Assembly: GCA_963546395.1 (NCBI GenBank) | Contig: CAUUMS010000008.1 | Coordinates: 2,481 to 66,480, forward strand | Direction of reading: 5' to 3' | From: an uncultured Bacteroidia bacterium | Lineage (GTDB): Bacteria > Bacteroidota > Bacteroidia > Bacteroidales > CAJPTX01 | Length of the DNA stretch: 64,000 nucleotides | Shown here: in pieces, positions 45,189-52,651 of the stretch | Numbering within the stretch: the first letter of the stretch is position 1 | Layout: each line of letters begins with the position of its first letter | Made by a program: the position numbers and the translations under genes | Notes under the pieces: generated by a model | Database searches by the model: none | What the model saw: the letters and a program-made list of their open reading frames with translations, nothing else | Told to the model about the DNA's origin: nothing

Positions 45189-46237
45189 ACCGGTATGTCA
45201 TTCACGTGTCGACGAAGGTACCGATTGATACGCCGTGCAGCCAAAGGCCCCTCGTAGATAAATCCCGTCAATATTTGCACCAGCGAGGCCCCCGCCTGGA
45301 GCATCGCCAGGGCATCGGCACCCGTAAAGACACCCCCCACCCCGATGATGGGCACTCCGGGGCCGGCCTCATCGCGCAGAATACGCACCGTGCGCAAAGC
45401 CTCCTCCCGCAGTGGGAGCCCGCTCAATCCGCCCGTGCCGATGGACTCCACCAGTGCCGCATCGCTCACTAACCCCTCACGCCGTGGCGAGGTGTTGCAG
45501 GCCACAAATCCATCAGCCCCATGCTCCAGAGCCAGACGCACCGTGGCGCGCAGCGCAGCCTCACTCTGGTGAGGCCCCAACTTCAGCAGCAGGGGCAATT
45601 TACGCCCAAGACGCACCTGCTCAGAGACAATGCCCGAGATCAGTGGCCCCAGAGTATCCTCCCGCTGTAGCTCGCACAGATTCGCCACATTGGGGCAACT
45701 CACATTCACTACCAGGAAATCCACCAGCGGGCTCAACGCTCGCAAGGCCACCAGGTAGTCATCCAACGCCTGTGCCTGAGGGGTAGATGTGTTCTTCCCC
45801 AGGCTCGCCCCCAGGGGGATCCGATTCGCCCGTCGGCGTGCTAACCTGCGAGCAACGCATTCTGCGCCCTCGCTGTTGAACCCCATGCGATTAATGATTG
45901 CCTCGTCCTTGGGCAGGCGGAACAGTCTCGGCTTCGGATTCCCAGGCTGTGGCTTCGGGGTTACCGTCCCCACCTCCACGAAGGCAAAACCCAGATTGCG
46001 AGCCCCATCGGCCAACTCCCCCCCCTTGTCAAAACCCGCCGGTAGTCCCACCGGATTCGGGAAGTGGAGCCCCATCTGCACGCTCGCTAGGGGACCATTC
46101 CCCCGATTCAACCACCAGCGCATGATCCACGACAGGGGCGGATGGCAGATGAAGAGCCGTACCATGCGCATCACGAAGTGGTGCGCCCACTCGGGATCCG
46201 TCCGGAAGAACAGGGGGCGAATGATGCACTTATACAT
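45182..46237 (-). CDS. pyrD: dihydroorotate dehydrogenase (quinone), class 2
   Basis: MYKCIIRPLFFRTDPEWAHH..., ...GFNSEGA... and ...IIGVGGVFTGADA.... The track ORF start (46279) is trimmed because a -7 box lies at 46281..46288. The stop overlaps the yedF ATG (ATGGTGA). Confidence 0.9.
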   Translation of the reverse strand: MYKCIIRPLFFRTDPEWAHHFVMRMVRLFICHPPLSWIMRWWLNRGNGPLASVQMGLHFPNPVGLPAGFDKGGELADGARNLGFAFVEVGTVTPKPQPGNPKPRLFRLPKDEAIINRMGFNSEGAECVARRLARRRANRIPLGASLGKNTSTPQAQALDDYLVALRALSPLVDFLVVNVSCPNVANLCELQREDTLGPLISGIVSEQVRLGRKLPLLLKLGPHQSEAALRATVRLALEHGADGFVACNTSPRREGLVSDAALVESIGTGGLSGLPLREEALRTVRILRDEAGPGVPIIGVGGVFTGADALAMLQAGASLVQILTGFIYEGPLAARRINRYLRRHVNDIPVW

Positions 46238-46280
46238 GAGCCCATCTCGCGCACGGGGAGCTGTGGGCCCGCACGTCATG

Positions 46281-46288
46281 CAAAGGTA
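46281..46288 (-). promoter_or_regulatory. -7 promoter box TACCTTTG for pyrD (and the downstream Se cluster)
   Basis: Exact TAnnTTTG on the minus strand, about 44 nt upstream of ATG 46237. Confidence 0.55.
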
Positions 46289-46344
46289 ACTCGCTTTGCG
46301 TAAACGATCACCAGCATGCGCCCACCGTCAGCCCCATGCCGACG

Positions 46345-47175
46345 CTAGACCGCCACGTTGAACTCACGCAACGCGTCGTTCAGGGATGTCTTCCTGTCCG
46401 TAGACTCTTTCCGCTGACCCACGATGAGCGCGCTCGGCACCCCGAACTCACCCGCCGCAAAGGTGCGCATGTAGACCCCGGGTATCACCACGGAATTCGG
46501 CGGCACATACCCCCGATACTCCACAGGGGTAGACCCGCTCACGTCTATAATCTTGGTGGAACTGGTAATCACCACATTAGCCCCTAGCACGGCTCCCGCG
46601 GCAATGCGAGCCCCCTCCACGACGATGCACCGCGACCCAATGAAGCAGTGATCCTCCACCACCACCGGCTGCGCCTGCATGGGCTCGAGCACCCCCCCAA
46701 TGCCCACTCCGCCCGACAGGTGCACATGGCTCCCTATCTGAGCGCATGAGCCCACCGTGGCCCAGGTGTCCACCATGCTCCCCTCGCCCACGTAGGCCCC
46801 AATGTTGACGTACGAGGGCATCAGAACACACCCAGGCGCCACATACGACCCGTAACGCGCCACCGCGGGGGGTACAGCCCGCACACCTAGCTGCTCAAAA
46901 TTACGCTTGGTGGCAATCTTATCGTAAAACTCCAGGTCGCCCGCCCGCACAGGCTCCAACCCCTGTATGCGGAAGTAGAGAAGGATGGCCTGCTTCACCC
47001 ACTCATTCACACGCCAGCCGTCGCCCTCAGGCTCAGCCACGCGCACCACGCCACGATCCAGCAGATCGATACACGCCCGCACCACCTCAGCGTTGGCGGG
47101 ATCTCCATGACTACCCTCCGTCCAGATACGGGCCACCAATGTGGCCAGCTCCTGCGCATTACGCTCCATACTCAC
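46345..47175 (-). CDS. dapD: 2,3,4,5-tetrahydropyridine-2,6-dicarboxylate N-succinyltransferase
   Basis: 276 aa with left-handed beta-helix hexapeptide repeats (...GAYVGEGSMVDTWATVGSCAQIGSHVHLSGGVGIGGVLEP...) and a DapD-type N-terminal domain. Confidence 0.85.
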   Translation of the reverse strand: MSMERNAQELATLVARIWTEGSHGDPANAEVVRACIDLLDRGVVRVAEPEGDGWRVNEWVKQAILLYFRIQGLEPVRAGDLEFYDKIATKRNFEQLGVRAVPPAVARYGSYVAPGCVLMPSYVNIGAYVGEGSMVDTWATVGSCAQIGSHVHLSGGVGIGGVLEPMQAQPVVVEDHCFIGSRCIVVEGARIAAGAVLGANVVITSSTKIIDVSGSTPVEYRGYVPPNSVVIPGVYMRTFAAGEFGVPSALIVGQRKESTDRKTSLNDALREFNVAV

Positions 47176-47179
47176 GCCC

Positions 47180-48376
47180 TCACTTCTTTACATCTGCGGG
47201 GACAGCCATGCTCGCCTTAGCGATGCGCACCCCGTGGAAGTAGAATGCAATGATATCCTCCGCCTTTTTACCCGCCTCGGCCATGCGCATAGCCCCCTCC
47301 TGGCAAAGGCCGATGCCATGCCCATAGCCACGCCCACGCAGCTCGAGAGACTCACCACTGGGTATTACGTCGAACCACGCCGACTTCAAATTGAAATACT
47401 CCCGCAGGTCGCGGAACGGCACCCCCACCCCACCAGGTAGGGAATACACCGCCTCGCGACGAGTAGAGCGGTAGGCATACTGCCCATTGGAGATATTCTG
47501 CGTGGGTACTCCCTTAGAGTGCAGAAAACGTTTCCAATCGGCCAGCCGCACCCGTGTTGTCCAGGTGGCCCCTTTCGACTTGCGGCAGTACGGGTCGCGC
47601 ACTGAGCGCAGGTAATCATTATCCGTGAGCCAGACATCGCCAGCAGAGGCCGTCTCACCCCCACAGTTGGCGTGAAAGACACTCGTGACAAAGCGTTTCC
47701 CCTTGTCCAGCAGCACGAGGCCCTGGGTGCTCTTGGCGGCCTTCACAATGGTAGGGTACTTCTGCGCGCTCCCCCTATAGGCCTGGCAATGCACCTCGTC
47801 GCACAGATTGTAGCCCTCCTCCAGGTGCTTATCCCGATGGCTCAGCAGGTAGGTACGCACCAGCAACGCCTGGGCCCTGTAGAGCTCATACTTCGCTCGG
47901 CTCCCCACCTCGGCCAGCACCACGCCCGCCACGTAGAGCTCCTGATCCACCAGGTTACTCACCATCAGGCACCCGAAATCGACGTACAGGTTCAGATTGC
48001 CATCATACTCCCGAGCCCCAGCGGCAGGTGTCACGCACTCCAGCTCGAACATCGCCTCGGGATCCCCATGTATTACGGCCGCATGCTCACACTCGAGGTT
48101 CTTCAGCTGCAAGCTGCTGAAACGCAACACGTTCCCCACACGCTCCACGCGCAACGCCTCGCCAGACGGGAGCGCGTACTTATTGCCATCCACCAGCAAC
48201 ACGTAGCCCTCTGTGCGGGGAGTAATCCGCACGCTCTGCACGCTCGCCGCATCGAAAAGAGACACGCTGACCCGCTGGGCCCATCCCCGCGCCGGGAACA
48301 ACACCATCAGCAGTAGGGCCACCACTCCTCCCCGCATCATCCACCAGCACCGGGCCCGCATCCCACAGAGCTTCAT
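47180..48376 (-). CDS. SpoIID/LytB domain-containing protein
   Basis: SpoIID motifs FHANCGGETASAGDVW and GRGYGHGIGLCQEGAMRMAEAG with a signal peptide RGGVVALLLMVLFPARGWAQ. The start is uncertain (48340-48415) because a -7 box at 48423..48430 excludes the track start. Confidence 0.8.
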   Translation of the reverse strand: MKLCGMRARCWWMMRGGVVALLLMVLFPARGWAQRVSVSLFDAASVQSVRITPRTEGYVLLVDGNKYALPSGEALRVERVGNVLRFSSLQLKNLECEHAAVIHGDPEAMFELECVTPAAGAREYDGNLNLYVDFGCLMVSNLVDQELYVAGVVLAEVGSRAKYELYRAQALLVRTYLLSHRDKHLEEGYNLCDEVHCQAYRGSAQKYPTIVKAAKSTQGLVLLDKGKRFVTSVFHANCGGETASAGDVWLTDNDYLRSVRDPYCRKSKGATWTTRVRLADWKRFLHSKGVPTQNISNGQYAYRSTRREAVYSLPGGVGVPFRDLREYFNLKSAWFDVIPSGESLELRGRGYGHGIGLCQEGAMRMAEAGKKAEDIIAFYFHGVRIAKASMAVPADVKK

Positions 48377-48422
48377 CGCCCCGAGGGGTAGATTCATCCC
48401 CAAGTTGAGTATCATTCGACCG

Positions 48423-48430
48423 CAAAGATA
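48423..48430 (-). promoter_or_regulatory. -7 promoter box TATCTTTG for spoIID-dapD
   Basis: Exact TAnnTTTG on the minus strand. Confidence 0.5.
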
Positions 48431-48441
48431 CGATAGCGACC

Positions 48442-49614
48442 CTAGTCGGTGCACGCCGTCCCGCCGTTTGCAGCCATTACGGACTCTCTCCCCTCTTCCG
48501 CCTGCCGTACAATGTGCGTCGCAATGCGCTCGGCCACGCCCGGGGTGCCCAACGAGCGGGCTAAAATCTGATACTGCTCCAGCATGGCCTCACGTCCCTC
48601 ACCACCCGGGAGGATGCGCTGTAGCTCGGCAAGCAACCGATCGGCCCTGTACTCCTGCTGAATGAGCTCGACCACCGCGGCACGTTGCAGCACGAGATTC
48701 ACAAGGCTAATCCACTGCACCTTCACGAAGCGTCTCGCTAGCGCAATGGAGAGGGCGTTGCCCCGGTACACCACCACCTGCGGAATCCCCAGCAGGGCCG
48801 TCTCCAGCGTGGCTGTGCCCGATGTGACCACGGCCGCCACGGAGTGCAGCAGCAATAGGTGCGTGGCCCCGTACACAATCTGCAACCCCGTGTGCTGCGC
48901 CATGTACTCCTCGTAGAGCGCATGGGGCAAATTGGGTGCCGCAGCCACCACGAACTGGTAATCGGGCAGCTGGGCCGTGAGCTCCGACATGATGCCCAGC
49001 GTGTACTGTAGCTCCTGCCGGCGGCTGCCGGGTAGCAAGGCCACTATGGGCCGGGCATCCAGCCGATGCACCTGCCGAAAATCCTCAGAAGCCGATTCGG
49101 GGTCGCGCCCTAGGGGCAACTCATCCAGCAACGGATTCCCCTCGTAGAGGGCCTCTACCCCCCACCGGGCAAAGTACTCCTGCTCGAAGGGCAATATCAC
49201 CACCAGATGATCCACGTAGGCCTTGATGCGCTTGATGCGCCACTCGCGCCACGCCCACACCTTGGGGGCTATGTAGTAGAACGTGCGGAAGCCGTGCCGC
49301 TTGCAGTAACACGCCACGCGGAGATTGAAACCCGGGAAATCCACCAGAATCACCGCGTCGGGCCTGAAACGGGCTATGGACTTGCGGCACAACGATAGCT
49401 GCTTTGAGACCCGCCGCAGGCGCATGAGCACCTCCCACAGGCCCATCACCGACAGCTGATTGATATGACAGATGCAGCCCGGGGCCACCGCAGCCATGGC
49501 ATCGCCCCCGAAGTAGGCGAACTCCGCCTCGGGATCGCGCTGCCGCAACGCCCGCATCAGGTAGGATGCATGCACATCCCCCGAAGCCTCCCCTACCACC
49601 AGAAAGTACCGCAT
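48442..49614 (-). CDS. lpxB: lipid-A-disaccharide synthase
   Basis: MRYFLVVGEASGDVHASYLMRAL..., ...ALLPGSRRQE..., ...VVTSGTATLETALLGIPQVVVY.... The N-terminal 51 aa of the track ORF are discarded. Confidence 0.9.
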   Translation of the reverse strand: MRYFLVVGEASGDVHASYLMRALRQRDPEAEFAYFGGDAMAAVAPGCICHINQLSVMGLWEVLMRLRRVSKQLSLCRKSIARFRPDAVILVDFPGFNLRVACYCKRHGFRTFYYIAPKVWAWREWRIKRIKAYVDHLVVILPFEQEYFARWGVEALYEGNPLLDELPLGRDPESASEDFRQVHRLDARPIVALLPGSRRQELQYTLGIMSELTAQLPDYQFVVAAAPNLPHALYEEYMAQHTGLQIVYGATHLLLLHSVAAVVTSGTATLETALLGIPQVVVYRGNALSIALARRFVKVQWISLVNLVLQRAAVVELIQQEYRADRLLAELQRILPGGEGREAMLEQYQILARSLGTPGVAERIATHIVRQAEEGRESVMAANGGTACTD

Positions 49615-49631
49615 CGTTCGGCCTCCGAGTG

Positions 49632-49943
49632 CTACACCGCCAGTGCCAGCACCACGGTGATAATTGCGTACACGATGGTAGCCCCCAGGGTGCCCCGCGC
49701 CGTCAGTAGACGGTTGGAGTACACGGCCACGAAGAAGAGCACTGCATCGAACAGCGTGGCCATGCACAGCAGGCGCGCCAGCGTCCCCTTCACGCGCAGG
49801 AAGTGCCAGAACGACTCCTCCGGCATCTGCGCGTAGAGCGAGGCCAATATCACCGCAAAGGCCACCAGGGGAATAATTGCCCCCAGCGTTGCCCCTAGGC
49901 TCACCCTATTGCTGCGCATCACCGATTGGGATCCCATTGCCAT
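49632..49943 (-). CDS. small integral membrane protein (hypothetical)
   Basis: About 100 aa with three hydrophobic helices (GAIIPLVAFAVILASLY, LLCMATLFDAVLFFVAVY, GATIVYAIITVVLALAV), wedged between surE and lpxB. Confidence 0.45.
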   Translation of the reverse strand: MAMGSQSVMRSNRVSLGATLGAIIPLVAFAVILASLYAQMPEESFWHFLRVKGTLARLLCMATLFDAVLFFVAVYSNRLLTARGTLGATIVYAIITVVLALAV

Positions 49944-50704
49944 GCCTTCAGCTCCTCCATCGATGCGTAATCCGTCATGTCCACCCGCGTGGGCACCACG
50001 GTGATAAAGCTACGTTTGAGCGAATAGTCGTCCGTATCCCGCGCCTCGGGCTCCAGGTTGCAAAATGTGCCCGTGAGCCAGTGATAGGCCCTCCCCCACG
50101 GGTCGACTCGCTCCTCGAACTCGTGCTCCCATTTGGCCCTGGCCTGCCTGCACACCCGCACCCCCTCCGGGGCGTGGCGCGGCAGATTGACATTGAGGCA
50201 CACCCCGCGGGGCAGTCCCCGCTGAAGCACCTGCATTGCAATCTGACGGCAGTAGGGCAAGTAGGGCTCCATATCGGCCCCCGGCTCCCGATTCACCAGC
50301 GAGAAGCCGATGCTCGGGATCCCCGCCAGGCAGCCCTCTAGCGTGGCCCCCATGGTGCCCGAGTAGAGCACATTCACCGAGGCGTTAGACCCATGATTGA
50401 TCCCCGCGGCTACCAGCGCGGGACGCTCGTCCACCAGCGAGTGCAAAGCCAACTTCACGCAGTCGGCCGGCGTGCCATTCACCGCATACTGGTCGTAGGG
50501 CGTGTTGGCCCTCCACGGGGTGTAACGCAACGGCACCGAAGCCGTGATGGCCTGCGACATGCCAGAGTTTCCCACCTCAGGTGCCACAACCACCACATCG
50601 CCCAGCTCCCAAAGCATCCGCGCCAACGTCTGCAATCCGGCAGCCGCCACGCCATCGTCATTCGTCACCAGTATCAGCGGCCGCTGCGCATCATCCATCT
50701 GCAT
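49919..50704 (-). CDS. surE: 5'/3'-nucleotidase SurE
   Basis: N-terminal ILVTNDDGV metal-binding motif, ...GINHGSNASVNVLYSGTMGA.... Confidence 0.9.
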   Translation of the reverse strand: MQMDDAQRPLILVTNDDGVAAAGLQTLARMLWELGDVVVVAPEVGNSGMSQAITASVPLRYTPWRANTPYDQYAVNGTPADCVKLALHSLVDERPALVAAGINHGSNASVNVLYSGTMGATLEGCLAGIPSIGFSLVNREPGADMEPYLPYCRQIAMQVLQRGLPRGVCLNVNLPRHAPEGVRVCRQARAKWEHEFEERVDPWGRAYHWLTGTFCNLEPEARDTDDYSLKRSFITVVPTRVDMTDYASMEELKAWQWDPNR

Positions 50705-50755
50705 TCGCTTTGCTTCACTCCCGTTAACACCCCCAGCCTCTTCCCCTACGAGGCG

Positions 50756-51700
50756 TTAGCTGAATATAAAGTTCTCGCTAATCGACCGATTCTCCGACAC
50801 ATTACGGATGACATCGGCAAACAGGTCGGCCACCGAGAGCACGGTGATCTTGTGCGTATCCGCCGCAGGATCCAGCGGTATCGTGTCAGTGACAATCAGC
50901 TCCGTGAGCTTGGACGCATTAATCCTGTCGTAGGCCGAGCCCGATAGCACCGCATGCGCGGCGAAGGCCCGCACGCTCAGGGCCCCCATGTCGGCCATCA
51001 TATTAGCGGCCTTGGTGAGCGTACCCGCCGTGTCGACCATGTCGTCGAGCAGAATCACATGTTTACCCTGCACCTCGCCGATGGCGGTCATGGACTCCAC
51101 CTCATTCGCCCGCGTACGCACCTTGTGGCACATCACCAGCGGGGTGCGAAAATGGCGTGCGTAGCTGTTGGAACGCTTGGCACCCCCGATGTCCGGGGTG
51201 GCGAAGACGACGTTCTCCAGATTCATACGCTCGATGTAGGGCACAAAGAGCGACGAGGAGTACATGTGATCGACGGGGATATCGAAAAAGCCCTGTATCT
51301 GATCCGCGTGCAGGTCCATAGTCATCACCCGATCCACGAAGGCGGCTCGTAGCAGGTTGGCTACCAGCTTGGCACCTATCGGTACCCGCGGCTTATCCTT
51401 GCGATCCTGCCTGGCCCAGCCAAAATACGGTATCACGGCCACCACCTTATAGGCCGAGGCCCGGTGCGCCGCATCAGCCATCATGAGGAGCTCGAAGAGA
51501 TTCTCTACGGGAGGATACGTCGACTGCACCAGGTAGACCGTGGCCCCACGCACCGACTCGGTGAACGAGGGCTGGAACTCCCCGTCCGAGAAATCGGTGA
51601 ACTCCACTCGCCCCAGCGGGCTCCCGTAGCTCTGGGCAATCTTGGTTGCCAGCGCCGTCGTGCGGCGCCCCGCAAAAATCTTAACTGTATTGCTATACAT
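50756..51700 (-). CDS. prs: ribose-phosphate pyrophosphokinase
   Basis: ...DGEFQPSF..., ...YFGWARQDRK... and the PRPP-binding loop ILLDDMVDTAGT. Confidence 0.95.
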   Translation of the reverse strand: MYSNTVKIFAGRRTTALATKIAQSYGSPLGRVEFTDFSDGEFQPSFTESVRGATVYLVQSTYPPVENLFELLMMADAAHRASAYKVVAVIPYFGWARQDRKDKPRVPIGAKLVANLLRAAFVDRVMTMDLHADQIQGFFDIPVDHMYSSSLFVPYIERMNLENVVFATPDIGGAKRSNSYARHFRTPLVMCHKVRTRANEVESMTAIGEVQGKHVILLDDMVDTAGTLTKAANMMADMGALSVRAFAAHAVLSGSAYDRINASKLTELIVTDTIPLDPAADTHKITVLSVADLFADVIRNVSENRSISENFIFS

Positions 51701-51742
51701 GAACCATCAGGTTTGTACCGTCCGTTAGCGGGCGCAGCCCAA

Positions 51743-52336
51743 CTACTGCGTCACGATCGATTCAATGTACTCCACCAGCTCATCGCGGCCGGCGGCCTGC
51801 AACGAGGAGGTGAGAAATAGCGGGGGGAGCTCCTCCCACATCTCCAGCAGGCGGGCCCGGTAGACCTCCATGTTGCGCGCCAGCTGCAACTTCGAGAGCT
51901 TGTCGCACTTGGTGAACACCAACGCCTGCGGAACCTCGTGCTCGCCCATCCACTGCATGAACTCCAGATCATTGGCCAGCGGCGCATGCCGCGCGTCGAG
52001 CAGCAGGAACATGCAGTAGAGGTTGGGCCGCTGGAGCACGTAGCCCTGGATGATGGCGTCGAACTTAGCGCGCTCGCGCTTGGAGAGCTTGGCGTAGCCG
52101 TAACCGGGCAGATCCACCAGATACCACGCGTCGTTGATCAGGAAGTGATTGATGAGCCGCGTCTTACCCGGGGCCCCCGACACCTTGGCCAGATCTGACT
52201 GGGCCGTCAACATGTTGATGAGCGACGACTTGCCCACGTTCGAACGGCCGATGAACGCCACCTCGGGCCGACGATCGGCGGGGCACTGCCCCCACTCCGC
52301 GCTGCTACACACAAACTCGGCCCGCTGTATCGGCAT
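51743..52336 (-). CDS. engB: ribosome biogenesis GTP-binding protein EngB/YsxC
   Basis: G1 GRSNVGKSSLIN, G3 DLPGYG and G4 TKCDK. Start at MPIQRAEF (ATG 52336) because a -7 box lies at 52359..52366. Confidence 0.9.
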   Translation of the reverse strand: MPIQRAEFVCSSAEWGQCPADRRPEVAFIGRSNVGKSSLINMLTAQSDLAKVSGAPGKTRLINHFLINDAWYLVDLPGYGYAKLSKRERAKFDAIIQGYVLQRPNLYCMFLLLDARHAPLANDLEFMQWMGEHEVPQALVFTKCDKLSKLQLARNMEVYRARLLEMWEELPPLFLTSSLQAAGRDELVEYIESIVTQ

Positions 52337-52358
52337 CCCTCTCTGCACTGGTTCGCCG

Positions 52359-52366
52359 CAAAGGTA
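52359..52366 (-). promoter_or_regulatory. -7 promoter box TACCTTTG for engB
   Basis: Exact TAnnTTTG on the minus strand, about 22 nt upstream of ATG 52336. Confidence 0.55.
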
Positions 52367-52461
52367 GTAAATCTTGTAGCCGTGTATCCACCAACGATTG
52401 GCATGCCCGCCACGAGCTACTCTCGCCGGGCCTCCGGCGCAATCCTCGTGCCGGCGCCCAC

Positions 52462-52575
52462 GCACCAAGAACGTACCAAAGCCGTATTTCTACCACCAAA
52501 TACGGCTTTGGTACGGTGCTGCTACAGTGCTGACGCAATGGTAGTACCCCAGTGGGTGATGCGCCATGCCGCTTG
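52462..52575 (-). repeat. structured intergenic repeat, copy B (perfect 18-bp hairpin 52472-52515 plus conserved box 52547-52572)
   Basis: CGTACCAAAGCCGTATTT-CTACCACC-AAATACGGCTTTGGTACG. The flanks and the box CCCCAGTGGGTGATGCGCCATGCCGC are homologous to copy A (15981..16085). Confidence 0.75.
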
Positions 52576-52593
52576 GAGGCTATGATAGAGCAC

Positions 52594-52634
52594 AAAAAAG
52601 CCCCGCCCCCCACGTTCGGCACGCAGAGAGCGGG
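52594..52634 (-). terminator. intrinsic terminator of the hybrid kinase gene
   Basis: Minus strand reads CCCCGCTCTC...GGGGGGCGGGG followed by CTTTTTTG, beginning about 18 nt after the stop at 52652. Confidence 0.6.
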
Positions 52635-52651
52635 GATGAACGGATATGCCG

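Noticed and set aside
48376-49767. Over-extended N-termini in the ORF track (for example 47180..48454, 48442..49767, 7308..8360, 52652..55561, 51743..52468, 11927..12829, 26352..27509)
   Set aside because: The extensions are Arg/Gly/Cys/Pro-rich. They contain consensus -7 boxes, terminator hairpins or the end of the upstream gene. Conserved family N-termini begin at internal Met codons, so the starts were moved downstream.
52515-52590. tRNA-like string GCAATGGTAG and possible cloverleaf next to the copy B hairpin
   Set aside because: I could fold no acceptor stem, anticodon arm or GTTCGAATC-type T-loop. No tRNA was recognised anywhere in the window. The three GTTCGAA hits lie inside coding sequences (the hemerythrin-like gene, the T9SS cargo gene and engB).
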